From the NCBI GenBank assembly GCA_963813335.1, contig CAWEYL010000002.1:66923-130922 (forward strand): 64,000 nt of DNA. The letters run 5' to 3'. How positions within the stretch are numbered: position 1 is the stretch's first letter; the number at the start of each line of letters is the position of its first letter. Both the position numbers and the translations under genes were made by a program. The DNA is from an uncultured Chloroflexia bacterium. GTDB lineage: Bacteria; Chloroflexota; Limnocylindria; Limnocylindrales; CSP1-4. The notes beneath the pieces were generated by a model, which made no database searches, was not told where the DNA came from, and saw only the letters and a program-made list of their open reading frames with translations. Shown here in pieces: positions 54,491-64,000 of the stretch.

Positions 54491-57400
54491 GTGACTGGCC
54501 CCGCATCCGGTGGGTCCGAGCGAGGCACAGCAGCGCCGTCGCGGTCGACCGGGACGCAGGGAGCCGTCGGCGCGGTCCTGGTCGTCCTCGCGCTCGGGCT
54601 CGCCCTACGACTCATCATCGCATACCTGCTCCCAGGGTCCGGTCTTCACAACGACCTGGGAGCCTTCCGATTCTGGGCGGGCGAATTGGCGGCCCACGGC
54701 CCGTGGGGCTTCTACGACCGCGACTTCCTCCACGACTACACCCCCGGCTACATGTACGTCCTGTGGCTGGTCGGGCTCGTGGGCCAGGCCTTCGGCGGTG
54801 TCAGCGTCGAGCTGATCAAGGTCCCGCCGATCCTGGCCGACCTCGCCATCGGCTGGCTCGCCTGGTCGATGATCCGCGAGCTCGGCGGCCGCGAGCGGAT
54901 CGCCCTGGCGGCGGCGTTCGTGGCCGTGGTCAACCCGATCAGCTGGTTCGACAGCGTGGTCTGGGGCCAGGTGGACTCGTTCGGCGTCGTGTTCATGCTG
55001 CTGGGCCTGCGCGAGCTCTGGCGCGACCGCCCGGAACGCGCCGCGTTCTGGACCGTGGTCGCGGCGATCATCAAGCCGCAGCTCGGGATCCTCGTCCCGC
55101 TGGTGGCGATCGTGACCATCCGGCGCGCCCTCCGACCGAAGGGCGGCTACGGCGACGAGGCGGCGACCGGGCATCCGCTCCGGATCGTGACGACGGGCGT
55201 CGTCGGCCTCGGGACCGCGATCCTGATCGCCCTGCCGTTCGGGCTGACCCCGATCGGCCTCATCCAGCAGCTCCTCACCGCCGGCGGCACGTACCCGTAC
55301 CTGTCCGTCAACGCCTTCAACCCATGGGCGCTCATCCCCGGCGACACGGGCTACAGCCTGGCGAACAGCGGCCTGTGGGTGTGCGACCTCCCGCTCGGCG
55401 CGGACGCCTGCGGATCGGGCACGGCCGTCTTCGGCGTCGTCCCGGCCATCCTCGTGGGGACCGCGCTGCTGCTGGCGGGGATCGCGGCGGTGCTGGTCGT
55501 GGCCTGGCGGCGGCCGGACCGGCTGACCCTCCTGGTCGGCCTGGCGGTGCTGTCGCTCGCGTTCTTCGTGCTGCCGACGCGCGTGCACGAGCGCTACGTC
55601 TACCCGTTCTTCGCGGTCGGGATCATCCTCGCGGCGATCTCGCCGCGCTGGCGGCCCGCCTACGTGGCGATGAGCCTGGGCCTGCTCGCGAACATGTACG
55701 TCGTGCTGGTGGTCCTGATCCCGGACAACCCGTCGATCGTCGACTGGCTCGGGATCGGCTGGTCGCTCAAGTCCGAGCCGGCGATCGCCGCCGTGGCCCT
55801 CATGTTCAGCGCATTCTTCGTCTGGGCGATGCTCCAGCTGCGCGCGAGCGCACGCGCGCGCCTCGCGGCGGATCTCGACGCCGCCTCCGAGCGTCCGGTG
55901 GACGTGACCGGCCCGCCGCTGACCCCTGACGTGCCCGCGGCGCCCCGTCAGCCGGGCACATCGCCCGCCGCCGTGCCGCCCGCGGCCCTGGTCGCTCCCG
56001 CCCCCGCGACCGTCGCGCGGATGCCGACCTGGTCGCGCCGGCCGTCGATGGGCGAGCTGGGGCTGGTCGGCTGGTTCCGCCAGCGCCTCGGCGAGCGGCC
56101 CATGCGCGCCGACCGCAGCCGGTCGCTGACCGGTGAGCGCGGCGGCCGCCTCGACCGGCTCGACCTGTGGTTCCTCGTGGTGCTCGTGGTCGCGACGATG
56201 ACCCTGCGCACGTTCCGCCTCGCCGAGCCGTATCAGATGCACTTCGACGAGGTCTACCACGCGAGGACCGCCACCGAGTTCCTGCAGGCGTGGCGCTACG
56301 GGCTCTCCCACGACATCTACGAGTGGACCCATCCGCACCTCGCGAAGTACGCGATGGCCGTCGGCCTGGTCCTGTGGGGCCAGGACGAGGTCAAGGCGAC
56401 CAGCGAGCTGGGCGTGCCGGTCGTGGCCTCGGTGGTCGAGCCACGGCGGATCGACGAGAGCGTCGGCGACGGCCGGGCAGGCGAGCGCCTCCACGTGGCG
56501 ACCGGCAGCGAGATCCGGACGTACGACCTGCGGACCCGGGCCCTGATCTCGACGATCCCGGCCCCCGGCGTGACCGCGCTGGCCATCGACGAGTCCGGAC
56601 TCAAGCTGGTCGTCGGCTATGGCGATGGGCGCGTCGCGACCCTCGACCTGACGGCCATCGGCCCTGACGCGGCGGCCGCCGGCGTGGCGCCGGCCGACCT
56701 GGTGACGGTCAAGGGGTCCGTCGATCTCCTGTACGCCACCGGTGACGGCTCGACCCTCGCCGTGGGCGAGGGCGACCACCTCGACGTCGTCGATCTCACG
56801 AGCGGCACGATCGTGGGCGGGACGGACCTCGCCGGGCTCGTCGACCTCGCGGATGGCGGCAACGGCGCGGCCATCGTGGCCACGGTGGGCGACGTCCCGG
56901 ACCCGTCGGCCGCGGCGTCCGTGCTGGCCGAGCTGCTCGACGGGAACGCCGCCGACTACGAGGCGCTGCTTGCGAGTCCGGGACCCACGGTCGTGATGGG
57001 CTCGCCCGGGAACAAGGAGACGCGCGACAAGGTCGAGGCCGCCATCGGCGACGGCCGGCTGGCTGGGATGGCGGTCCAGGACCTGCCGCGGATCGCGGCG
57101 GCCACGACGGCCGGCGTCACGTTCGTGGATCCGGCGACCGCCTCGACGATCTCCACGGTCGTGCTGACCGGTGGCGCGCACGGCCTGGCCTACATGTCCG
57201 GCGTGGACGACCCGAAGCTGTACGTGACCTCTGGCGACGCGGCGGCGCCGACCTACCACGTCATCGCCATCGCCGGCGACAAGGCCGTCGCCGGGCCGAC
57301 CGACCTCGGCACGCACCCGCTGCCCGGCCTCGGCACCAAGGTGCTGTACGACGACGCGAGCCAGATGATCCACATCCTGGGCCACGCCCCGACGACGGCG

Positions 57401-59785
57401 GGCACCTTCGAGCCGCCGCCCGCGACCGGCCCCGACCCGGCGTGGACCGTCTACGTCGTCGAGACGCACGGGGGCGACGAGTCTCGCGGGAGCGCGGTCT
57501 TCGCCGACGCCCGCCTCGGGGCGGGCTTCGTCCCCGTCGCGTGGGCGGCTGACGTGAACGCCGACTACCCGTCGACCGATCGCCAGGAACTCCTGGTCTT
57601 CGACGGCTCCGGCTCGATGTCCTCGATCGACATCGGCTCGCACGCCTTCGCCTGGCGTCTCCCCGGGGTGATCGCCGGCGCCCTGACGGCCCTCTTCCTC
57701 TATCTCCTGATGCGGATCCTGTTCCGCCGCCGGCTGGTCGCGGTGCTGACCGGCCTCTTCGTGCTGGTCGACGGGATGTTCTTCGTGCAGTCGCGCATCG
57801 GCATGAACGACGTCTACGTCGGGCTGTTCATCGTGGCCGCCTACACCTTGTTCGCGGCGGTCTGGACGGGCTGGTGGCGGGCGAGATGGGCGTTCTGGGC
57901 GGCGATGCCGGTCATCGGGGTGCTGCTCGGGCTCGCGCTGGCGAGCAAGTGGGTGGCGCTCTATGCCATCGGCGGCCTCGCGCTGCTGATCCTCGCGCGG
58001 AGCGCGCTCGGTCGCGTCGTGGCCATCCTCGGCCTGATCGCGCTGACCTGCGTCCTCGGCTACATGGCCATCACGGTGCCGCAGGACGCCGGCATCGGGA
58101 ACCTGACGTTCCTGCTGGTCATGGTCGCGCTGACCCTCGTAGCCGTCGTCGTCGCGGTCCTGCACCCCGTCGCCTGGACCGACGAGGAGATGCGCTTCGC
58201 GGTGCTGGCCCCGACCGCCCTCGGGGTCGCGATCTTCTTCGGCGCGCTCGGGCTCGGGAAGCTCGACGCCGAGGTCGTGATCGCGGGCTTCGCGGCGACG
58301 CCCATCCGGGTCGCCCTGCTGCTCGCCCTGACGTCGCTGGCGATCTACGTGGTCTTCGCGCTGGCGGGGCGTGCCGGCTGGGGACCGATGGCGCTGCCGC
58401 CCGGACCGGCGGATCCCGCCCGGCGCCTCGAGCCGCCGGCGCCGCCCGCCGAGGGCTGGCTGCGCCCGGGTTCGGCCCTCGGCATCCCGGTCGCCTGGGC
58501 GGCCATCTGCCTGCTGGCCATCCCGCTCGCGGTCTACGTCGTCTCGTACATCCCGTGGGCGCTGGTGGAGGGCCACCGGATCACCTCGACCTGGCCGCCG
58601 GGCCACACGGGCGAGACCTTGCTCGACCTCACCGGGCGGATGTACGGCTACCACAACGGCCTGACCTCGCCGCATCCGGCGTCGTCGCCGTGGTGGGCGT
58701 GGCCGCTGAACCTCAAGCCGGTCTGGTTCTACCAGGAGGGCCTCGCCGCGGGGACCGCCGCCGCGATCTATGACGCGGGCAACCTCGTCATCTGGTGGAT
58801 GGGCGTGCCGGCGCTGCTGTTCGTGAGCGTCATGGCCTTCCGCCGGCGCAGCCTGGCCCTGAGCCTGATCGCGATCGGCTTCGCTGCCCAGTGGATCCCG
58901 TGGGCGCGCATCGACCGCGCGGCGTTCCAGTACCACTACTACACGGCGTTGCCGTTCGTGGTCGCGGCCCTGGCCTACTTCATCGCCGAGCTGTGGCACG
59001 GCGCCTCGGCGATGACCTGGCGGCTGGCCCGCCTGGCCGGTGCGGCGGTGATCATGCTGCCCGCCGCGATGTGGATCTTCAGCCGGCCGCTGTGCGCGAT
59101 CGTCGGGGTCGAGTCGGTCAACCCGGGCTCGCAGGCGTGCCCCGCGGTCATCCCGAGCTTCGTGCTGACCGCGCGGACCGCCGGGCTGGCCATCGCCACC
59201 GTGGTCGGCCTCTTCTTCCTGATCCGCGCGATCATCGCCGTGGGGGACGCCGAGGGCGATGGCCTCGACCGCGACGCCCTGCGCTCGTTCGGGCTGATCG
59301 GGCTGCTGGTGGGCGGCGCGCTGGTCCTCGCCTCGCAGCTGCCGGACACGCCGATCCTGACGCTGACCAGCGTGCCGGTCGAGCCGATCGTGCTCGTCGC
59401 GGCGATCCCGCTCGCGTACCTCGCCCTCGGCGTGATCGCCGGCATGGACCCCCGGCGCTACGTGATCGGGTTCCTGACGGCGGTCGTCGGGTGGTTCGTG
59501 ATCCTGTATCCGAACATCGCCGCGCTGCCGCTCCCGTCCGCGCTGGTCAACGCCTACCAGGGCATCCTGCCGACCTACCTGTACGCGTTCCAGTTCCCGG
59601 TCAGCAAGATCGACCGCAACCAGCCCATCGCCTGGTCCGCTGCCCAGCTCGGCCTGCTCTCGCTGGCGGTGGTCGTGACCTGCCTGGTCGTGGCCTACTC
59701 GGCGTCGGTCTGGCGGCTCTCGCTGGCGACCGGCGAGCCGGAGGCGGGCGAGACGGACAGCCTCGCGCGGACGGGCGGCGCCTGA
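54491..59785 (+). CDS. Giant fusion: GT-C mannosyltransferase-like domain plus PMT-like domain with a large soluble insertion
   Basis: N-domain DYTPGY, NP..WFDSVVWGQVDS, IKPQ, SVNAFNPW, PTRVHERY; PMT motifs FDEVYH, HPHLAK, QSRIGMND, ASKW, HPASSPWWAWP, YHYY; AGGAG SD before GTG 54491. Confidence 0.8.
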   Translation: MTGPASGGSERGTAAPSRSTGTQGAVGAVLVVLALGLALRLIIAYLLPGSGLHNDLGAFRFWAGELAAHGPWGFYDRDFLHDYTPGYMYVLWLVGLVGQAFGGVSVELIKVPPILADLAIGWLAWSMIRELGGRERIALAAAFVAVVNPISWFDSVVWGQVDSFGVVFMLLGLRELWRDRPERAAFWTVVAAIIKPQLGILVPLVAIVTIRRALRPKGGYGDEAATGHPLRIVTTGVVGLGTAILIALPFGLTPIGLIQQLLTAGGTYPYLSVNAFNPWALIPGDTGYSLANSGLWVCDLPLGADACGSGTAVFGVVPAILVGTALLLAGIAAVLVVAWRRPDRLTLLVGLAVLSLAFFVLPTRVHERYVYPFFAVGIILAAISPRWRPAYVAMSLGLLANMYVVLVVLIPDNPSIVDWLGIGWSLKSEPAIAAVALMFSAFFVWAMLQLRASARARLAADLDAASERPVDVTGPPLTPDVPAAPRQPGTSPAAVPPAALVAPAPATVARMPTWSRRPSMGELGLVGWFRQRLGERPMRADRSRSLTGERGGRLDRLDLWFLVVLVVATMTLRTFRLAEPYQMHFDEVYHARTATEFLQAWRYGLSHDIYEWTHPHLAKYAMAVGLVLWGQDEVKATSELGVPVVASVVEPRRIDESVGDGRAGERLHVATGSEIRTYDLRTRALISTIPAPGVTALAIDESGLKLVVGYGDGRVATLDLTAIGPDAAAAGVAPADLVTVKGSVDLLYATGDGSTLAVGEGDHLDVVDLTSGTIVGGTDLAGLVDLADGGNGAAIVATVGDVPDPSAAASVLAELLDGNAADYEALLASPGPTVVMGSPGNKETRDKVEAAIGDGRLAGMAVQDLPRIAAATTAGVTFVDPATASTISTVVLTGGAHGLAYMSGVDDPKLYVTSGDAAAPTYHVIAIAGDKAVAGPTDLGTHPLPGLGTKVLYDDASQMIHILGHAPTTAGTFEPPPATGPDPAWTVYVVETHGGDESRGSAVFADARLGAGFVPVAWAADVNADYPSTDRQELLVFDGSGSMSSIDIGSHAFAWRLPGVIAGALTALFLYLLMRILFRRRLVAVLTGLFVLVDGMFFVQSRIGMNDVYVGLFIVAAYTLFAAVWTGWWRARWAFWAAMPVIGVLLGLALASKWVALYAIGGLALLILARSALGRVVAILGLIALTCVLGYMAITVPQDAGIGNLTFLLVMVALTLVAVVVAVLHPVAWTDEEMRFAVLAPTALGVAIFFGALGLGKLDAEVVIAGFAATPIRVALLLALTSLAIYVVFALAGRAGWGPMALPPGPADPARRLEPPAPPAEGWLRPGSALGIPVAWAAICLLAIPLAVYVVSYIPWALVEGHRITSTWPPGHTGETLLDLTGRMYGYHNGLTSPHPASSPWWAWPLNLKPVWFYQEGLAAGTAAAIYDAGNLVIWWMGVPALLFVSVMAFRRRSLALSLIAIGFAAQWIPWARIDRAAFQYHYYTALPFVVAALAYFIAELWHGASAMTWRLARLAGAAVIMLPAAMWIFSRPLCAIVGVESVNPGSQACPAVIPSFVLTARTAGLAIATVVGLFFLIRAIIAVGDAEGDGLDRDALRSFGLIGLLVGGALVLASQLPDTPILTLTSVPVEPIVLVAAIPLAYLALGVIAGMDPRRYVIGFLTAVVGWFVILYPNIAALPLPSALVNAYQGILPTYLYAFQFPVSKIDRNQPIAWSAAQLGLLSLAVVVTCLVVAYSASVWRLSLATGEPEAGETDSLARTGGA

Positions 59786-60936
59786 GGGATCTCGGCATGG
59801 AACCCGGCCGGGAGCTGGCCGCCCGCGGCGAGCCGGCGGATGACGAAGCCGTAGTACTCCTCGACCTTTGCGGTGACCCGCGGCCAGCTGAAGTCCTCCG
59901 CGCGGAGGCGGCCGGCCGCCCCCATCCGCTCCGCCAGTCCGGGCTCGTCGAGGACCCGCGCGATCGCCGTCGCGAGCTCCTTGGGCTCATGCGGCGGCAC
60001 CAGCAGCCCCTCGCGGTCGCGCCGGACGACGCCCTTGTAGCCGTGGATGTCCGAGCAGACGATGGGCGCCCCGGCGGCCATGGCCTCGAGCAGCACGATC
60101 CCGAACGATTCGCCGCCGGTCGCGGGTGAGACGAAGACCCGCGCGGTCCGGTACAGCTGAGCCTTCTCGGCGTCGCTCACGCGGCCCAGGAATTCGACGC
60201 CCTGGAGGCCCCGTGTGGCGACGTAGCGCCGCGCTTCGCGCTCCTGCGGCCCCGAGCCCACCACCAGCAGCCGCGTGTCGTAGCCGGTCTTGCGCAGGAT
60301 GCGCTGCGCCTTCAGCAGGTCGAGCAGGCCTTTGCGCGGCTCGTGCCGCCCGACGAACAACAGGTTGGGGGCGTCGTCCTGCCAGCGGGCGATCGGCACC
60401 GCGTTGGCGAAGCGGGCGATGTCGACGCCGTTGGGGATGACCTTGTAGTCGCCAGGGAAGAACCGGTCGATGAAATGCCGTGCCGCTGCGCTGACGGCGA
60501 TCCGGCCGTGGAGGCGGGCCGCGTGGCCGCGCATGGCCCGGCTGCCGAGCTCGTACGACGGCGAGAAGCCGGCGTAGGCGTGGAACGTGGCGACGTTGAC
60601 GCTGGTCGACTCGCGGAGCAGGAAGAGCGACAGGAACGGCACGAACGGCTCGTGGAAATGGAGCAGGTCGAACTGCTCGCGCGCGAGCAGCGCACGGACC
60701 TGGCTGATGTAGCGCGGCGAGAAGGTCAGCGTCCCGACGGACCCGTTCGTCGGCATCGAGAACCCGACGCCGATGCGCAGGATGTCGCCTTCCGAGGACC
60801 GCTGCGGGCCGTGGCTGGCGGTGATGATCCGGACGTCGTGGCCGCGCTGGCGGAGGTTCTCGTACAGGAACCGGACGTGCTGGGCCACGCCGCCCGCCTC
60901 CGGGTAGATGTACGGGCAGACCAGGCCGATCTTCAT
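59695..60936 (-). CDS. pimA: GT4 glycosyltransferase, PimA-like phosphatidylinositol mannosyltransferase
   Basis: MKIGLVCPY..GGVAQHV, HFHEPFVP, VATFHA, GRHEPRKG, GGESFGIVLLEAMAAG; downstream of PatA-like and ino1 genes. Confidence 0.75.
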   Translation of the reverse strand: MKIGLVCPYIYPEAGGVAQHVRFLYENLRQRGHDVRIITASHGPQRSSEGDILRIGVGFSMPTNGSVGTLTFSPRYISQVRALLAREQFDLLHFHEPFVPFLSLFLLRESTSVNVATFHAYAGFSPSYELGSRAMRGHAARLHGRIAVSAAARHFIDRFFPGDYKVIPNGVDIARFANAVPIARWQDDAPNLLFVGRHEPRKGLLDLLKAQRILRKTGYDTRLLVVGSGPQEREARRYVATRGLQGVEFLGRVSDAEKAQLYRTARVFVSPATGGESFGIVLLEAMAAGAPIVCSDIHGYKGVVRRDREGLLVPPHEPKELATAIARVLDEPGLAERMGAAGRLRAEDFSWPRVTAKVEEYYGFVIRRLAAGGQLPAGFHAEIPQAPPVRARLSVSPASGSPVASESRQTDAE

Positions 60937-61802
60937 CGCGGGCCGGCGTCGAAGCGGGGCGGCCTGGCACGGCCGCCCGGGTAGCCGTGGTCGCGACCGG
61001 TGCCATCGCGGCGGAGCCGGCCGATGAGCTCGTCGCGCGCGTCGCGGCGGCGCTTGCGCAGCTGCTCGCCGAACGTGCCGAGCTGGCCGGTCGCGCCGTG
61101 GAACGAGCCGTGGTGCTCGGTCGTGCCTGCCGCGAGCGACGCGCGCAGGTCCGCCGCGGTCCGCCCCTCGAAGGACGTCCAGCCGATGCCGATCGCCGCG
61201 AGCGCATGGGCGTCGCTGTTGCCGACATGGGCCAGGCCGTGCTCGTCGGCGAAGCGGACCACGGCCTGATGGCGCGGACGTCCGAGCGCGGTCGGGTTGA
61301 AGGTCTCGATCGCGTCGGGCCGGAAGCGCGGGTCGGGGTCCTCGATCAGCCGGCGGAGCGCGAATGCCTGGGCGCAGAGCGGGTAGGGCACCAGCGGATG
61401 GGCCGGGATGGCGATCCCGCCGGCGTCGTGGACGGCCGCGATCGTGGAGCGGAGCGAGCGGTACGAGCGGACCGGCGCCTCGAGGTAGAGGGCCAGGAGG
61501 TGGCCGCCAAGGGTCGTCACCTCCTCGCCGACGATCACCTCGAGCGCCAGGCCGCGGTCCTGCGCCAGGGCGCGCGCGGCGAGCGCCGCATCGATGCGCT
61601 CGTGGTCGGTGATCGCGATGACGTCGAGCGTCCCGCTCGCGGCCACATGGTCGAGGATCTCGGTCACCGCGGCGGTCCCGTCCGAGGCGACCGTGTGGAT
61701 GTGCAGGTCGGCGCGGCCAGGACGGACCGGCTCGGCAGCCGTCGGCTCCACGGCCGTCGGTCGGTCGAGCGCCTCGGCCGGGTCGGGTGTCGCGCTTGTC
61801 AT
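60933..61802 (-). CDS. PHP-domain phosphoesterase
   Basis: DLHIHT..SDG, ITDHE, GHLL, AHP, GNSDAH. Confidence 0.88.
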   Translation of the reverse strand: MTSATPDPAEALDRPTAVEPTAAEPVRPGRADLHIHTVASDGTAAVTEILDHVAASGTLDVIAITDHERIDAALAARALAQDRGLALEVIVGEEVTTLGGHLLALYLEAPVRSYRSLRSTIAAVHDAGGIAIPAHPLVPYPLCAQAFALRRLIEDPDPRFRPDAIETFNPTALGRPRHQAVVRFADEHGLAHVGNSDAHALAAIGIGWTSFEGRTAADLRASLAAGTTEHHGSFHGATGQLGTFGEQLRKRRRDARDELIGRLRRDGTGRDHGYPGGRARPPRFDAGPR

Positions 61803-62734
61803 GCCGCGTCCTCGAGGTCCGGCCAGATCGGGAAGAAGACCGCCCACCATTGCTCGGGAGCGTCCTCGATGATCCGCTCGAACTCGGCCGCCAGCGCCGT
61901 CATGGTCCCCTCGACCCGCTCTCGCCGCGTCCCCGCCTCCGGGACCTGCACCGCCGCGAGGCGTCCACGATAGCGCCCGATGCCCGCCCGCCGGACGCCC
62001 ACGACGTACGCGGGCGCACCGCTCTCGACGGCCAGCATGGCCGGGCCGAGCGGCAGCCGGGCCGGCGCCCCGAACAGCTCGACCGGCATCCCGCCGCCGG
62101 TCAGGTCGCGGTCACCGACGAGGCCGACCGGCGTGCCGGCACGGAGCGCGGCGAGCAGCTCGCGGCGGGCCTCGCGGAGCCCGACGATGCGGATCCCCAC
62201 CGCGCCGCGGGTCCGCACGAACCAGGCCTGCAGCGCCGCGTCGTCGATGGTCTCCATCGGCGCGACCGCGCCGCCGATCCGCCCCGCGAGGAAGAGCGCC
62301 GGCAGCTCGATGGCCCCGAAATGGAGTCCGATGAAGATCATCGCGCCCTCTGTCGCGAAGGCCGCGTCGACGACCTCGGGCGTCTCGACGATCAGGCGTC
62401 GATCGAGATCGCCCGGCTTGATCGCCGGCGTCCGGGCGACCTCGAGGTAGTAGCGCGCGTTGTGGCGGAACGCCGAGCGCACGAGCCGCTCGAGGGCCCG
62501 CGGGTCGGTCGCGGCCGCGCGGACCACGTGTCCGCCGCGCCCGCGCTCGTCGAGGGCGACGCAGACGCGCCGCAGGTTTCGCCGCGCCTGCGCGGCGCGC
62601 TCGGGCGCGAGCCGGTACCAGAGGTCGCCGGCGGCGATCGCCAGGCGGACCTGCGGACCCTCGGGCAGGTGGCAGGCGAGCCACGACGCCGCCATGAGGG
62701 CCTCGGCCCGGAGCCGCCGGCCGACCGTGCTCAT
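61799..62734 (-). CDS. Lipid acyltransferase (PatA/LpxL family)
   Basis: YARYY-like HNARYYLE, HFGAIE, LVGDRDLTGGG.PVELFG...LPLGPA, PEQWW..PIWPD. Confidence 0.85.
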   Translation of the reverse strand: MSTVGRRLRAEALMAASWLACHLPEGPQVRLAIAAGDLWYRLAPERAAQARRNLRRVCVALDERGRGGHVVRAAATDPRALERLVRSAFRHNARYYLEVARTPAIKPGDLDRRLIVETPEVVDAAFATEGAMIFIGLHFGAIELPALFLAGRIGGAVAPMETIDDAALQAWFVRTRGAVGIRIVGLREARRELLAALRAGTPVGLVGDRDLTGGGMPVELFGAPARLPLGPAMLAVESGAPAYVVGVRRAGIGRYRGRLAAVQVPEAGTRRERVEGTMTALAAEFERIIEDAPEQWWAVFFPIWPDLEDAA

Positions 62735-63786
62735 CCGCCGGCTCCGCCGGCCGCGGGGGCGCTGGGGCCAGGGTCCGGGCGCCCGGCCTGCATGGCCCTG
62801 GCCCGCTGCTCGAGCTCGGCGCTCTCCTCGGCCGTCGCCGGCCAGATCGGCTTGAAGTTGTACCACTGCTCCGGCGCCGAGCCGACCGTGACCTCGAGGG
62901 CATCGGCGATCGCCTGGGTCGCCCGTTGCAGCTCCGCGGGGTCGGACGAGGCCACCTCGATCGGCGCCGACCACGACAGCTTGAAGGTGTCGTCGGCCTG
63001 CCGTCGGATCGTGACCGGCAGGATCCATGAACCGGTCCGGGCCGCGAGGGTCGCCGGACCGGCGGGCAGCGTGGTCCAGGCGTCGAACAGGTGCACCGGG
63101 ATGCCGTCGGGCCGATACCCCCAGTCGACCAGCAGGGCGAGCATCTCGCGCCGCCGGAGGACGCCGTAGATCTCCCGGAGGTTGCGCCACGCGATGATCG
63201 TCGCGCCGCGTGCCTCGCGCTCCTCGCGCAGGAGCTCGAAGAGCTCCGGGAACGCGGAATCGTCGGCCAGCGCACTGATCGGCATCCCGTGCCGGGCGAT
63301 GGCCGCCATCACGGCGTCGTTGCTGCCGACATGGCCGACCGTGAAGATCAGCCCACCCGGGGCGTCATCGGCGATGCGCAGCAGCCCGGCGACGTCGATG
63401 GCGGTGACCATGCTCGCCATCTCGTCGGGCGTTCGCGTGGGCAGGCGCATCAGCTCGACCAGGTAGCGCCCGTACTCGTGGTAGGCGCGCAGCGCCAGCC
63501 GGCGGACCCGCGGGTCGTCGGGCGGCAGGCCGAGGACATGCCCGAAGTTGCGGTTCGACCAGCGCCGCTTGGAGGGCCAGGCCAGGTACGAGCCCTGGGC
63601 GGCCGTGCCGACGACCTCGCGGGCCAGTCGCTCTGGGACGACGGCGGCCACCCGCGTCGTCGCCTTGTACGCGAGGACCGCCAGACGCTCGACGACGCGG
63701 GGGCTGGTGCCCCCGCGTCGGTGCGGAGCCTCGAGTCGGCGCTCGCGGGGAGCGCCGTCCGTCGTTCGGCGTTCGGCTCCGGTCAC
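62731..63786 (-). CDS. Second lipid acyltransferase (PatA/LpxL family)
   Basis: EYGRYLVE, HVGSND, LLVDW, VHLFD...LPAGPA, PEQWYNFKPIWP. Confidence 0.85.
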   Translation of the reverse strand: MTGAERRTTDGAPRERRLEAPHRRGGTSPRVVERLAVLAYKATTRVAAVVPERLAREVVGTAAQGSYLAWPSKRRWSNRNFGHVLGLPPDDPRVRRLALRAYHEYGRYLVELMRLPTRTPDEMASMVTAIDVAGLLRIADDAPGGLIFTVGHVGSNDAVMAAIARHGMPISALADDSAFPELFELLREEREARGATIIAWRNLREIYGVLRRREMLALLVDWGYRPDGIPVHLFDAWTTLPAGPATLAARTGSWILPVTIRRQADDTFKLSWSAPIEVASSDPAELQRATQAIADALEVTVGSAPEQWYNFKPIWPATAEESAELEQRARAMQAGRPDPGPSAPAAGGAGG

Positions 63787-64000
63787 TTCGCCGCGGCGGT
63801 CGCGACCTGGGCCTTCGTGCCGGCGAGCTTGCGGTACGTCCGCTTCGCCAGCTTCTCGGTCCCGACCAGGGTCTCGTCGTCCTCCCCGCGGATGAACGCC
63901 TCGACCCGGTTGAACGCGATGTCGTCGTGGATCTGCTGCGGCGGGCTCTTCATGAAGTAGCTCGACGGCGCGACGAGGGTGCCCTTCAGGCCGCGGTCGA
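63783..64000 (-). CDS. ino1: myo-Inositol-1-phosphate synthase, C-terminal end (partial)
   Basis: Manual translation DRGLKGTLVAPSSYFMKSPPQQIHDD.AF..VEAFI; SSYFMKSPP is the MIPS C-terminal signature. Confidence 0.85.
   Translation of the reverse strand, partial: DRGLKGTLVAPSSYFMKSPPQQIHDDIAFNRVEAFIRGEDDETLVGTEKLAKRTYRKLAGTKAQVATAAAK

Overview
A high-GC bacterial chromosome segment that contains the replication origin. Gene content suggests a monoderm, probably Chloroflexota (inference). Left to right: Cof-like HAD, prmC, a glycogen-debranching enzyme, prfA, DUF1385, rpmE-rpmA-rplU; a radical-SAM-linked protein, AI-2E transporter and J-protein; rodA-mrdA-mreD; a perfect parS site followed by parA-parB-gyrB-thioesterase-AlkD-like-gyrA-prs-secA; a small Cys-rich ORF abutting prfB (programmed +1 frameshift); GNAT, ftsEX, ctpA, a stand-alone small structured transcript and smpB; accessory genes; tmRNA; an adenylate cyclase; jag-yidC-yidD-rnpA-rpmH; dnaA-oriC-dnaN-recF-dciA; a membrane PP2C-like pseudophosphatase with rhomboid and BFN nuclease; and a glycosylation/inositol-lipid cluster (GT2, DUF2723, a ~1765-aa double GT-C/PMT fusion, pimA-like, PHP, two PatA-like acyltransferases, ino1). 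About ten single-base insertions break genes, several essential, and are almost certainly read or assembly errors. No mobile element or CRISPR was seen. The best leads are: (1) the small transcript before smpB with a 12-nt perfect anti-16S Shine-Dalgarno sequestered in a hairpin and a 15-codon ORF; (2) the 8-Cys ORF joined in frame to prfB across a UAG; (3) the pseudophosphatase receptor/rhomboid module; (4) the giant GT-C fusion in a PIM-like cluster; (5) a CsoR-type palindrome at the dnaA promoter.
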